Source: Dehalococcoidia bacterium
GTDB lineage: Bacteria > Chloroflexota > Dehalococcoidia > UBA2979
Direction of reading: 5' to 3'
NCBI GenBank assembly: GCA_963667465.2
Contig: CAXXDN010000002.1
Coordinates: 1,840,565 to 1,904,564 of the forward strand
Length of the DNA stretch: 64,000 nucleotides
A model generated the notes under the pieces. It had not been told where the DNA came from. It saw only the letters and a program-made list of their open reading frames with translations, and searched no databases. Position 1 is the stretch's first letter; each line of letters begins with the position of its first letter. The position numbers and the translations under genes are program-made. Shown here in pieces: positions 10,438-20,804 of the stretch.

Positions 10438-11403
10438 ATGCACGTCCTGATCATCGGCGGCACACGCTTCGTCGGGCGCCACATCGGCGAGGAACTGCTG
10501 GAGCAGGGACACACCATCACGCTGCTCAACCGCGGCATCACGCCGGACAGCTTCCCGGCCGAGGTGGAGCGGCTGCGCGCGGACCGCAACGAGCCGGAGC
10601 AGGTACGCAGCGCCCTCGAGGGCCGCGAGTTCGACGCGATCGTCGACTGCATCGCCTACCAGCAGGCGGAGGCCGAGCTGGTGATCGAGCTGTTCGCCGG
10701 CCGGATCGGGCGCTACGTCTACATCAGCAGCAGCTCCGTCTACCGGCCGAGCGAGCTGCTGCCGATCGAGGAGACACACCCGCTGAACGACGGCACGGGC
10801 TGGGACTACGCCCGTGGCAAGATCGCGGTCGAGCGGCTGCTCGAACGGACCGCGACGGACACGTTCCCCTGGGTAAGCCTGCGGCCCGCCTACATCTTCG
10901 GACCCTACAACAGCGCCGCGAACGCCGAGTTCTCGCTGTTCCAGCGGATCGAGCAGGGGCGGCCCGTGCTGGTACCGGGCGACGGCTACTTCTTCTTCCA
11001 CCAGAGCCACGGCCGCGACCTGGCGCATGCGACGATCGCGGCCATCGAACGCAACGAGGCCGTCGGCAACGCCTACAACATCACGGGGCGTTACGCGCAG
11101 TCCGGCAACGAGCTCGTGCAGGCGGCCGCGGCGGCCGTGGGCCGGAAGGCGGAGATCGCCTACCTGCCCGGCGCCACCCGGCGCAGCGAGGTGGGGCGCT
11201 ACTTCTACTGGCAAACGCGTCCGGCGCAGGTCTACTCGACGGAGGCGGCGCGGCGCGACCTCGCCTGGCAGCCGCGCTTCGGCATCCGTGAGGGCATGCG
11301 CGACGCCTATCGCTGGTACCTCGAGAGCGGCTACGCGGAGGCGCAGCCATACGACTTCAGCGCCCACGACGAGTTGCTGGAGCGCATGGCCGCCGAGGGA
11401 TAA
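10438..11403 (+). CDS. NAD-dependent epimerase/dehydratase family protein
   Basis: GGTRFVG and YARGK motifs. Confidence 0.85.
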   Translation: MHVLIIGGTRFVGRHIGEELLEQGHTITLLNRGITPDSFPAEVERLRADRNEPEQVRSALEGREFDAIVDCIAYQQAEAELVIELFAGRIGRYVYISSSSVYRPSELLPIEETHPLNDGTGWDYARGKIAVERLLERTATDTFPWVSLRPAYIFGPYNSAANAEFSLFQRIEQGRPVLVPGDGYFFFHQSHGRDLAHATIAAIERNEAVGNAYNITGRYAQSGNELVQAAAAAVGRKAEIAYLPGATRRSEVGRYFYWQTRPAQVYSTEAARRDLAWQPRFGIREGMRDAYRWYLESGYAEAQPYDFSAHDELLERMAAEG

Positions 11404-11495
11404 CCAGCGCAACACACGCAGTTCACATCATCCGGTCCGGTCGAGGGCGGGCCCGCGCTTGCGCGGGCGGCAGCGTGTCGTTCAGACCTCGGCGG

Positions 11496-12425
11496 CTACT
11501 CGGTGCCTCGCAGGCGCGGGTCCAGCACGTCGCGGAGGGCGTCGCCGAACATGTTGAGAGCGTAGACGGAGACCGCGATCGCGAGGCCGGGGAAGAGCGC
11601 CAGGTAGGGGTGCAGCTTCATGTCCTCCTGCGCCTCCTGAAGCATTCGCCCCCACGACGGGAACGGCGGCTGCACACCGAACCCGAGGAACGACAGCGCC
11701 GATTCAATCAGGATCACCGCGCCGAGCTGCACGGAGATGTTGATGATGATGACGGTGAACACATTGGGGAAGACGTGCCGCAGCATGATCCGGTTGTCGG
11801 TGGCCCCGACCACCCGCGCGGCCTCGACGTAGGTGTTCTGCACCGTCGAGATCGTCTGGCTGCGCACCACGCGCGAGGAGCCGGCGCTGAACAGGAAGCC
11901 GAGCGTGAGCGCGAGCACGATCTGGCTGGCAAGAGAGCCGGGAACCGTCGCCGTGAAGATTGAGAACAGGAAGATGATGAAGATCAGTCCAGGGAAGGCC
12001 TGCACGATGTCCACGAAGCGCTGGAAGGTGAGGTCCCACTTCCCTCCGTAGTACCCCGAAGAGATGCCGACAATACTGGAGAGCACTGCGGCGATGCTGA
12101 CCGCAGCGAACCCGATCGTGACGGAAGTGCGCGCGCCGAACAGCACGCGGCTGAGCACGTCGCGGCCCTGCTTGTCGCTGCCGAAGAGGTGATCGAGTGT
12201 CGGCCCCTGCAAGCGGTTCAGCAGGTCGATCTCATCGAACGTGGCGGGGGCGAAGGTGCTCGGCGAGATCGCAACCGCGAACAGAGCGATCAGGACCAGC
12301 GCCGCCACGGCCCCGAGCGGTTTGCGGCGGATGAACCTGAGCGTGCCGCCAAGCGCCCGCGTGAGCACGCCCTCGCTGGATCCGGAGAACCCGATCGGTC
12401 CGTTTGCGGTCTCGTTCGCCGCCAT
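11496..12425 (-). CDS. Peptide/nickel ABC transporter permease (DppC/OppC-like)
   Basis: FGSDKQGRDVLSR, YVEAARVVGA, GDALRDVLDPR. Confidence 0.92.
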   Translation of the reverse strand: MAANETANGPIGFSGSSEGVLTRALGGTLRFIRRKPLGAVAALVLIALFAVAISPSTFAPATFDEIDLLNRLQGPTLDHLFGSDKQGRDVLSRVLFGARTSVTIGFAAVSIAAVLSSIVGISSGYYGGKWDLTFQRFVDIVQAFPGLIFIIFLFSIFTATVPGSLASQIVLALTLGFLFSAGSSRVVRSQTISTVQNTYVEAARVVGATDNRIMLRHVFPNVFTVIIINISVQLGAVILIESALSFLGFGVQPPFPSWGRMLQEAQEDMKLHPYLALFPGLAIAVSVYALNMFGDALRDVLDPRLRGTE

Positions 12426-13375
12426 TAGCTGTACCGGATCCGCGGATCGATGAATGCGTACGAGAGGTCCACGAGGAGGTTGGTGATCAACACAAGCATC
12501 GCCGCCAGCAGCACGATCGCCTGCACCGTCGGATAGTCGCGCCGTTCGAGCGAGAAGAGCAGCAAGGTTCCCATGCCCGGGAGCGTGAAGATCCGTTCGA
12601 GCACCACCGTGCCGCTGATCAGCACGCTGACCTGCAACCCAATCACCGTGATCACGGGCAGCACCGCGTTACGCAGTGCATGACGGGTAACGACCAGCCG
12701 GTCCGTCAGGCCCTTGGCGCGAGCCGTCCGCACGTAGTCCTGTCGCATCACCTCCAGCATCGTCGAGCGGGTCAGGCGCATCACCGAGCCGGACAGGAAG
12801 GAGCCGAGAATGATCGCCGGCACCCACGTGGTCTTGAGATTACTGAGCGGATTCTCCCAGAACAACTCGTAGGTGAGCGGTGGGGTCCAGCCAAACCAGG
12901 CGAAGCCGTAGACGATCGCCATCTGGCCGGCCCAGAAGCTGGGAACAGCCAGTGCCGCGATCGCGAAGCTGCGCATGATGTAGTCGATCAGCGAGTCCTG
13001 TTTGATGGCGGAGAGCACCCCAATCGGGATCGCGATAGCAATCGAGTAGATCATCGCCATGATCCCGAGCTGGAAGGTCACGGGGATCCGGTTCGTCAAC
13101 TGCTCCGTGACCGGCCGCCCGCTCACAAAGGAAGAGCCGAAGTCGAACTGGGCGAGCGCGATCAGCCACTCCGCGAAGGCCTGCGGGACGCCCTGATTCA
13201 GCTCCAGCCGCTCTTCAACGGAGGCTCGGAACTCGGGCGTCGGCTCGGCCTGGTCCGAGATGATCTGATCGATGATGTCGCCCGGCAGCAGCCGCACGAC
13301 GATGAACACAGCGAACGTGACCCCGAGGATCGTCGGGACGAGCAACAATATGCGGCGCAGGATGTAGACGTGGAT
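12425..13375 (-). CDS. Peptide/nickel ABC transporter permease (DppB/OppB-like)
   Basis: QDYVRTARAKGL, RHALRNA, DLSYAFIDPRI; start uncertain (ATC 13375 or TTG 13348). Confidence 0.9.
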   Translation of the reverse strand: MHVYILRRILLLVPTILGVTFAVFIVVRLLPGDIIDQIISDQAEPTPEFRASVEERLELNQGVPQAFAEWLIALAQFDFGSSFVSGRPVTEQLTNRIPVTFQLGIMAMIYSIAIAIPIGVLSAIKQDSLIDYIMRSFAIAALAVPSFWAGQMAIVYGFAWFGWTPPLTYELFWENPLSNLKTTWVPAIILGSFLSGSVMRLTRSTMLEVMRQDYVRTARAKGLTDRLVVTRHALRNAVLPVITVIGLQVSVLISGTVVLERIFTLPGMGTLLLFSLERRDYPTVQAIVLLAAMLVLITNLLVDLSYAFIDPRIRYS

Positions 13376-13547
13376 CTGCTCGTCCCCTGTCGTTCGCTGG
13401 GTCGTTCGCTGGCGCGCCGCCGCATTCTAGCGAATCGCGGCGCGGCGCGCGCAAGTGATGAGGGTCCGGCGGCGCAGCGCTTGCTCCAGATACAACTCGG
13501 CCCCCGGTGATCCGGGGGCCGAGTAGCCTTTAGCGACGGACTGCGGG

Positions 13548-15389
13548 TTAGGCGCTCTCGTCGATCCACCACCACGGCCAGGCGAAGACGGCCTCGCCGC
13601 CTCGGCCGTTCCCGTGCCAGGCATCAGGCGTCCGGAGACGCTTGTTGAAGCCCTGCCAGTTGAGCTGCCACGCCACCGAGGGGACGTACCACAACGGCTC
13701 GATCAGCAGGTCGCGCTGGATGCTCTGGATCTTGTCGTTGCGCTCTTCCGCATCGACCGTGCTGTTGATGTCCAGCACGGCGTCGACGATGGTCTGGTCC
13801 TCCACCTTGCTGTGGTTGCGGCCGGCGCCGGGGCGGTACATCTCGGAGAGGTAGTCGCCGAGGTCCGGGAAGGCCTGCAACTGGAAGGCAACACCATCGA
13901 AGTCGCCGCGGAACGTCATCGGCGTGTACACCGAGGCGAAGTCGTCGATGTTGATCTGGAAGTCGATGCCGATCTCCTTCATGAAGGTCGGGATGATCTC
14001 GGCTTCCAGACTCCAGGCCGTGCCATAGCGGGTGGTGTAGTGGTACGGCACGCTGAAGCCATCGCCCTGGCCCGCGGCCTGCATCAGCTTGTTCGCCTCC
14101 TCCAGGTTGTACTGGATGGCTGCGCCGGTGACCGCATCCTGTCGCGGGTCGATCGACTGGCCCGCGTAGCCGGCCGGCAGCACGTTGTGCCAGCCCACGC
14201 GGCTGGAGACGTCGAGTCCAACGCCTTCGAGCTGCTGGACGTTGTAGAGCCCCTCGATCATCGTCTCGCGGTCGAGGGCGAGCGACATGGCGTGGCGCAC
14301 GCGCGGGTCGTCCCACGGAGCGGAACCGTCGCGCGGCTCGCCGCGCGAGATGTAGCCGAAACCGAGCGACTTGCGCGGCTCAATCCGGCCGTCCGGGAAG
14401 TCACTGATCAGCCCCGGTACGGCGTCCGGCGCGATGGTGTTGATGTGATCGATGTTGCCTGCCTGGAACTGGGTCAGGGTCGTCGCCCGGTCCAGCACGA
14501 TCTCCTCGACCTTGTCGAAGTAGGGCAGTGGCGCGTTGTGCCACTCCGGATTGCGCTGGACGGTCCAGCTCACGCCGTCCTTCAGCTCTTCCCACATCCA
14601 GGCGCCGCTGCCGATCATCGTCTGCGTGGGGTCGTAGGCGGTCCCCGTCTCGCGCGGGAGGACTGCCATGTTGAACACGTCCGCCATCCGCCAGAGGGCG
14701 CGCGCGAAGACGCGGTTGAACCCGAGCGTCACGGTCCCGGCGTCGGGCGTCTCCACCGTGTCGATGAAGTCGAGCTGCACCGCGTTGGGTGCGCCCTCGC
14801 TGCCATCGGTGCCGAGGAAGCGAGCGATCGAGAACTTCACGTCCTCGGAGTCGACCGCGCGGCTGATCGGCGCGGTGTACCTGGCATCGTCGCGAAGCTC
14901 GATGTTCAGCGTGAGCCCGTCCGGGGTGAACTCCCAGGCGCGGGCGAGGTCACCGTCCATCTGCGCGTTCGGTGCGTTCTCGAACGTGGATGCGATCTGC
15001 TTGAACAGGAAGCTGTGGATCTGCGCCGACACACCCTTGGTGGTGTTGCTCTGCGTGCGGTGCGGGTCAAGCGTTTCCGGTGTGCCGGTGATGGCGCGCC
15101 GGTAGCTGCCGCCGGGAATGCCCTGCAGCGCCTCCGCCTCCTGGGTAGCGGCGGTCCCGACCGGGGCGGCCGTCGGCCTCGCGGTCGCTTCCTCGGTCGG
15201 CGCGGCAGTCGGGGCCGTCGTCGGCGCGGCGGTGGCTGCCGGAGCCGGGGCCTCCTCGTCGTCGTCGCCGCAGCCGATCAGCGCTGCCGCCGCAAGGCCG
15301 GCGCCTCCGATGACGCCTCCGCGCAGCGCGGCGCGGCGTGAGATGCGCGTCCGCAAGAAACTGCTCACGTGGTCAGATCCTTCTGTCAT
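13548..15389 (-). CDS. ABC substrate-binding protein family 5, Tat-exported lipoprotein
   Basis: SRRAALRGG...LIGC signal/lipobox; LDPH; DPRVRHAMSLALDR. Confidence 0.9.
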   Translation of the reverse strand: MTEGSDHVSSFLRTRISRRAALRGGVIGGAGLAAAALIGCGDDDEEAPAPAATAAPTTAPTAAPTEEATARPTAAPVGTAATQEAEALQGIPGGSYRRAITGTPETLDPHRTQSNTTKGVSAQIHSFLFKQIASTFENAPNAQMDGDLARAWEFTPDGLTLNIELRDDARYTAPISRAVDSEDVKFSIARFLGTDGSEGAPNAVQLDFIDTVETPDAGTVTLGFNRVFARALWRMADVFNMAVLPRETGTAYDPTQTMIGSGAWMWEELKDGVSWTVQRNPEWHNAPLPYFDKVEEIVLDRATTLTQFQAGNIDHINTIAPDAVPGLISDFPDGRIEPRKSLGFGYISRGEPRDGSAPWDDPRVRHAMSLALDRETMIEGLYNVQQLEGVGLDVSSRVGWHNVLPAGYAGQSIDPRQDAVTGAAIQYNLEEANKLMQAAGQGDGFSVPYHYTTRYGTAWSLEAEIIPTFMKEIGIDFQINIDDFASVYTPMTFRGDFDGVAFQLQAFPDLGDYLSEMYRPGAGRNHSKVEDQTIVDAVLDINSTVDAEERNDKIQSIQRDLLIEPLWYVPSVAWQLNWQGFNKRLRTPDAWHGNGRGGEAVFAWPWWWIDESA

Positions 15390-15604
15390 GTTTCTTCCCT
15401 TCCCGGGTGGCGGCGACGGACTTTCGCCGTCAGTAGCGCAGAATCATACACGATACGCACCCGCGAGGGCAGCGGATCTCCAGACCCTTCCGGGACCGGG
15501 AAGCCAGAATCTTCTCGCTCGGACGCATTGGCTCCTCGCCCGGACGTAGCGGAGCGAGTCCGGCCTTCACGCGCGACAGGTGCGTTTCGGACTCGCGCAG
15601 GGCG

Positions 15605-17464
15605 TTATGCCTCGTTGACCCACCACCAGGGGAAGCCATAGGCTTGGTAGTCGCCACGCCCGTTGCCGTGCCAGGCGTCCGGGATCCCGGCCCGCGGGCT
15701 CAGCCCGACCCAGTCGAGCTGCCAACCCACGGAGGGAACGAACCACATCGCGTCCGCCAGCAGGTCGCGCTGGATGTTGCGCACCTTCTCGTTACGCTCG
15801 TCGATGTCGAAGGTGGTGTTGATCTCGTCCACCGCGGCGCCGATCGCGGCGTCCTCCACCTTGTTGAGGTTGCCGCCACTGGCGCCCGGGCTGGCGTACA
15901 GGTCCGTGAGGAAGTCTTCCAGGCCGGGGAACACCTGCAACTGCAGGGCGACGCCGTCGAACTCCCCCCGGGAGGTCCTCGGCACGTATTCCGCAGCGTA
16001 GTCCACGACGTTCGTCTTGAACCTGATACCTGTGTCTTTCACGAGCTGGGGGATGATCTCCGTCTCCTGGATCCAGGCAGGACCAAACGCCGAGGTGTAG
16101 TGGTAGGGGACTTCGAACCCGTCGCCGTAGCCGGCGGCCTCCAGCAGCTTGCGCGCCTCCGCGACGTCGTACCTGATCCACCGTCCCGTCTTCGCGTCGG
16201 TTTGCGGATCCACCGATTGGCCTCTGAAGCCGGCGGGCAGGATGTTGTGCCAGTGCACGCGGCTGGCGACCTCGAGGCCGACTTCCTCGAGCCCCTCGAC
16301 GTTGTAGAGCGCGGTGATCATGTCGGCCCGGTTGAGGCTCAGTGAGATCGCGCGCCGCACGCGGGGATCGGCCCACGGCGCGGAGCCGTCGCGCGGCTCG
16401 CCGAACGCGAGGTACACAAAACCCAGCGCCTTGCGAGGCACGATGCGGCCCTCGGGGTAGTTCTTGACGAGGGCGGGGACGAAATCGGGTGTGGGCGTAA
16501 TCAGCAGGTCAATCCCGCCCGCCTGGAACTGTGTGAGTGCGGTCAGCGGCTGAAGGACTAGCTCGTGGACAGCGTCGAGATACGGAACGTCCGGTCCGTT
16601 GAACCAGTCGGGATTGCGGACCACGTTGAAGCGTACGCCATCGACCAACTCGTCCCAGAGAAAGGGGCCGCTCCCGACCATGGTCTGGGTGGGATCGAAC
16701 ACGCTCCCCGTCTCGCGCGGCATGATGTGCATGTTGAACCCATCGGCCAGCCGCCAGAGCACGCGTGCAAGTGGGGACATCTGGAGCGTGATCGTGCGCG
16801 CGTCCGGCGTCTCCATCCCCTGAATGAAGTCCAGCTGCGAGGCGTTCGGCGCCGGATGATGTCCATTGAGGCCGCGGAAGCGCTCGACCGAGAAGCGCAC
16901 GTCCTCCGAGTCCACGGTGCGGTTGATCGGAGCGGTGAAGGTCGCGTTGGGGACAAGCGTCAAACTCAGCTGCTCACGATCCGGGGTGAACTCCCAGGAC
17001 TCGACCAGATCGCCCATCATCTCCGGATTCGGCGCCTCCTCGAAGACCGCCGGGGTCTGGGTGAACAGCTTGCTGTAGATGTAGGAGGCCGCGCCCTTCG
17101 TGGAGAAGTCCAGCGTGCGGTGAGGGTCCAGGCTTGGAGGCGTGAACCACTGGTGGATGCGGAAGGCGCCGCCCCGCCGCGGTCCATTCGCGGCGGCAGC
17201 CGAACTCGGGGAGGGCGCCGCAGCGGTCGGGTGTTCCCCTGGCGTTGCGGACCCCGGCTCAGCCGCCGTCGCCGTCGCCGTCGTGGGCGCGACCTGCCGG
17301 GTCCGGGCCGGTGGCGCGGACGGCGCCTCGTCATCCCCGGTACCACAGCCAATGAGCGCCGCCGCCGCGAGGCCGGCGCCGCCGAGCGCGCCGCCGCGCA
17401 GCGCCGCCCGCCTCGATAGTCTCGATTGCCAGAACCCGGGCTGGCGATTGCTGCCAGCGGTCAT
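15605..17464 (-). CDS. ABC substrate-binding protein family 5, paralog 2
   Basis: SRRAALRGG...LIGC; DPRVRRAISLSLNR; clearly homologous to 13548-15389. Confidence 0.9.
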   Translation of the reverse strand: MTAGSNRQPGFWQSRLSRRAALRGGALGGAGLAAAALIGCGTGDDEAPSAPPARTRQVAPTTATATAAEPGSATPGEHPTAAAPSPSSAAAANGPRRGGAFRIHQWFTPPSLDPHRTLDFSTKGAASYIYSKLFTQTPAVFEEAPNPEMMGDLVESWEFTPDREQLSLTLVPNATFTAPINRTVDSEDVRFSVERFRGLNGHHPAPNASQLDFIQGMETPDARTITLQMSPLARVLWRLADGFNMHIMPRETGSVFDPTQTMVGSGPFLWDELVDGVRFNVVRNPDWFNGPDVPYLDAVHELVLQPLTALTQFQAGGIDLLITPTPDFVPALVKNYPEGRIVPRKALGFVYLAFGEPRDGSAPWADPRVRRAISLSLNRADMITALYNVEGLEEVGLEVASRVHWHNILPAGFRGQSVDPQTDAKTGRWIRYDVAEARKLLEAAGYGDGFEVPYHYTSAFGPAWIQETEIIPQLVKDTGIRFKTNVVDYAAEYVPRTSRGEFDGVALQLQVFPGLEDFLTDLYASPGASGGNLNKVEDAAIGAAVDEINTTFDIDERNEKVRNIQRDLLADAMWFVPSVGWQLDWVGLSPRAGIPDAWHGNGRGDYQAYGFPWWWVNEA

Positions 17465-17648
17465 GACGCCCCCAAGGGACAGCCTGGTACTACAACAAGG
17501 TACCGCATTGAACACGCATTACGCGGGGTAGACCGCAGCCGGGCGACGGCGCTGCGCTCTCGGGAGCGGCCACCGAGGCGTCCCTCGCAGCGGACGCCCC
17601 CGCGAGTGCCCGCTGCGCTAGCATGGCGCCCTCGCGAGAGGAGCGGCC

Positions 17649-18458
17649 ATGACCAGCGACGAGAGCGCCAACTGGGTCACGTTCGAGCACCGCGGCCCGG
17701 TGACCATCATCCGGCTCAACCGGCCGGAGAAACTCAACGCCTTCCACATCTCGATGGACGAGGCGATCGTGCGCTACGTCCAGTCGCTCAACGAGGGCGA
17801 GTACGACACACGCTGCCTGATCCTCACCGGCGAGGGTCGCGCCTTCTGCTCGGGCGCGGACGTCGGCAACCTGGCGCAACGCAGCAGCCTCAACACGGAG
17901 CGCAAGCCGCCCTGGCGTCCACCGCACAGCGAGATCAAGTCGCCGCGTGCGCTGCGCGACTGCGACGTGCCGGTGATCGGCGCGCTCAACGGCTACGCGG
18001 TGGGAATGGGCCTCGGGCTCGCCCTCGCGACCGACCTGCGGATCGCCGGCGATGACGCGCGCTTCCAGGTGGCGCAGATCAAGCGAGGACTGTTCGGCGA
18101 CTACGGCCTCGGGCACTTCCTGCCGCAGCAGCTGGGACACCAGCGGGGCCTCGAGCTGATGCTGACGGCGCGCATGATCGACGCGCAGGAGGCGCTCGAC
18201 CTCGGCCTCGTGCTGAAGGTCGTGCCGAAGGACGAATTGCTGGACGCGGCGCTGGATCTGGCCGAGCAGATCGCGAGCGGGCCGCCGCTCGGCGTCGCCG
18301 CCAGCAAGCGAGTCACCTACATGAACGACAACGAGGACCTGCACCGCGTGATGGACTACACCAGCCTCGCGATCGGCCACCTCTTCAACTCGGAGGACAA
18401 CGCCGAGGGCATCCGCTCGTTCATGGAGCGGCGCGAGCCGCAGTTCGAGGGTCGCTGA
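17649..18458 (+). CDS. Enoyl-CoA hydratase/isomerase family protein
   Basis: LNRPEKLNA, AFCSGAD, ALNGYAVGMG. Confidence 0.92.
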   Translation: MTSDESANWVTFEHRGPVTIIRLNRPEKLNAFHISMDEAIVRYVQSLNEGEYDTRCLILTGEGRAFCSGADVGNLAQRSSLNTERKPPWRPPHSEIKSPRALRDCDVPVIGALNGYAVGMGLGLALATDLRIAGDDARFQVAQIKRGLFGDYGLGHFLPQQLGHQRGLELMLTARMIDAQEALDLGLVLKVVPKDELLDAALDLAEQIASGPPLGVAASKRVTYMNDNEDLHRVMDYTSLAIGHLFNSEDNAEGIRSFMERREPQFEGR

Positions 18459-18555
18459 GACCTCGAGCGCGCCGCGCGGGGCCGCTGGGGGCCGCTGGCC
18501 CGCAGCGGCGATCAGGAATGAACGGCGGGCGGGCGCAGTGCCCGCCCGCTGCTCG

Positions 18556-19362
18556 TCAGCTTCCCGACGGCCTCCGCGAGCGCAGACCGAAGCGCCAGAC
18601 CAGGGCCAGCGCGGCAATCAACCCCGCCGTGGCAATCGCCACCGGAGCCACACCGGCAGCCTGCTCAGACCAGTCTCCCTGCGCCGCGGCTCCCTCGAGG
18701 AGCGCGGGCCCGTGGCCAGACTTCGGAGGCGCGGGGGCGGCGGCCGTTGTGCGCGCGGTCAGTTGGCGCGGCTCGGTGTCGGTGAGGGCCAGCTCCCAGA
18801 CGAGTGCGCCGTCCTCGATGCTGTCGGCGTTGTGTTCGGCCAGCGCGCCCGGCAGCGCGATGCGGATGCGGAAGAAGGAGCCCTCCAGGAGCTCAGGCGA
18901 GGGCGGAGGACCGCTCGCGGCCCCCGTACCCTCATCCGCCTGGACCGCGGCGATCATCGAGAACGTCCAGCCGCCAGCGTCGTTGCGCTCCAGGGTGAGG
19001 TCGCCGGACTCGCCGGCGCCGGCGCCGGCGCTCATCCCGGCGGTGATGAGGCCAAGTTGAGCCTCGTTGGCGAAGGGGATCCCGAACTGGATGCCGGTGA
19101 AGCCGTCCTGGCGGTACTCCTGCACCTCCACGCTGGGTGACAGATCGTCAGTCGGGACAAGCTCCTCGCTACTGGCCCCGGTGAGCTCCGTGAAGGCGTC
19201 ACTGATCGCGATGACCGTGCCGACCACGCCGGAGCCATCGTCGTTGACGCTAATCGACAGCTCGTAGCGAAGGCAGCCGGTCATCGCGAACGCGGTTACT
19301 GCCAGGAGCAGTACCAGCCCGCGCACGCGGCGCCTTCCAGTCCCGATCGGTACGCGCACCAT
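18556..19362 (-). CDS. LppM-like lipoprotein with C-terminal membrane anchor
   Basis: Lipobox AMTGC, ISVNDDGSG, LPG...HNAD...LVW; PPKSG plus TM and basic tail. Confidence 0.65.
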   Translation of the reverse strand: MVRVPIGTGRRRVRGLVLLLAVTAFAMTGCLRYELSISVNDDGSGVVGTVIAISDAFTELTGASSEELVPTDDLSPSVEVQEYRQDGFTGIQFGIPFANEAQLGLITAGMSAGAGAGESGDLTLERNDAGGWTFSMIAAVQADEGTGAASGPPPSPELLEGSFFRIRIALPGALAEHNADSIEDGALVWELALTDTEPRQLTARTTAAAPAPPKSGHGPALLEGAAAQGDWSEQAAGVAPVAIATAGLIAALALVWRFGLRSRRPSGS

Positions 19363-19459
19363 GGGTTGCCCCTCCGTACGTCCGCCGCCCATCCATCGTA
19401 CGACAGGGACGCGACTCAAGGGCTCGCGGCTGTGGCAGTGCATCAGGCGGGTCTGACTG

Positions 19460-20791
19460 CTACGAATCGGGGTCCGCGGCAGCCGCGGCCGCGAGCCCGC
19501 TGCGCACCGCCGACTCCATCGTCGCGGGCCAGCCGGTGTCCGTGTAGGCGCCAGCCAGGAAGAGGTTCGCGAGCGGCGTGCGCGGGCCCGGCCGATCGAG
19601 GCCTGCCGACGGCACGAACGTCGCCTCCGGCTCCTTCACCACCCGCCAGTGCAGCAGCTCGGCGCCGCGTGCGGCCGGCAGCGCCGCGCGCAACTGCGGC
19701 AGCAGGCGCTCCTGCAACTCCGCCCCGTCGAGTGCGAACAGCTCGCCCGGCGCGCTAATCGAGATCACGAGGTGCTGACGCTCCGCTTCGTCCTCGCCGC
19801 CCGCTCGGCTGCGGTTGAAGACCCACTGCACCTCGGAGCGGACGAAGGCGGCGAAGTCGAAGCCGGCCACCGGGCGGTCAAACCAGAGGTGCACGTTGAG
19901 GATCGGCGCGGGCTCGAACCGCGCGAGCGTTCCGAGCGCGCCCTCGCCGCGCACGCCGGCGGGCAGCAGCGGCAGCAGCCGCCACGGCGAGAGGGCGCTC
20001 ACGCAGGCATCGAATTCGCGCCGTTCCCCGTCGCGCAGGACGAGCGCCTCGACACGCCCGCCGACGACCTCGATGCGCTCGATCGGCGTGCGGGTGGAGA
20101 CTGTCCCGCCGCGCTCCTCGATAGCGCGCACGGCGGGGTCGACGTGCAGCGCAGAGAGCCCGACGGCGGCGACGCCGAGCGCAGCCGCACCGCGGTCGCG
20201 CTGGAAGCCCTCCTCGATCACGAAGAGCGCCTGGCTGGCGCTCGCCTGATCGGCGCGGCAGTTCAGCGTGGGGATCACGAGAAAGTCCCAGAAGTCGCGG
20301 ACCGTGTCGCTCGTCTGGCCGCGCTCGCGCAGCCACTGCCCAAAGGTCAGGCCCGCGAGGCGCTCACGCCCCTCGCGCCCGAGCCGGCGGATCGCGAGGA
20401 AGGCATGCACGATCTGCGCCTTCTGCCGCCAGCGGAGGTGGCGGTAGCGCAGCAGCGAGGGCGCGAGCTGCAGCCCGAAGGGGAGGTTCGCGGCCCCCAG
20501 ATCGGAGCGCCTGCCGGCCTCGTCGAACACCGGTACGCTCAGCCGCTGCTGCCTCCTCGTCAGGCCGAGCGTGCCGAGCCGTTCGAGGAAGGCCACGTAG
20601 GCCGTGGTGCACTGCATGAAGACGTGCTGGCCGTTGTCGATCTCATCGCCGGTCTCTTCGTCGCGGAAGGAGTAGGTGGCGCCGCCGGCCCAGGGGCGGC
20701 GCTCAAGCACTTCGACCTGGTGGCCGCGATCGGCGAGTTCCACGCCCGCGGCCAGGCCGGCGAGCCCGGCGCCGATGATGCCGACCCTCAC
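19460..20791 (-). CDS. hpnE: Hydroxysqualene dehydroxylase HpnE
   Basis: GAGLAG, IDNGQHVF, TDTGWPATMESAVRSG. Confidence 0.9.
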   Translation of the reverse strand: MRVGIIGAGLAGLAAGVELADRGHQVEVLERRPWAGGATYSFRDEETGDEIDNGQHVFMQCTTAYVAFLERLGTLGLTRRQQRLSVPVFDEAGRRSDLGAANLPFGLQLAPSLLRYRHLRWRQKAQIVHAFLAIRRLGREGRERLAGLTFGQWLRERGQTSDTVRDFWDFLVIPTLNCRADQASASQALFVIEEGFQRDRGAAALGVAAVGLSALHVDPAVRAIEERGGTVSTRTPIERIEVVGGRVEALVLRDGERREFDACVSALSPWRLLPLLPAGVRGEGALGTLARFEPAPILNVHLWFDRPVAGFDFAAFVRSEVQWVFNRSRAGGEDEAERQHLVISISAPGELFALDGAELQERLLPQLRAALPAARGAELLHWRVVKEPEATFVPSAGLDRPGPRTPLANLFLAGAYTDTGWPATMESAVRSGLAAAAAADPDS

Positions 20792-20804
20792 GGCCGCGCC
20801 GGAA

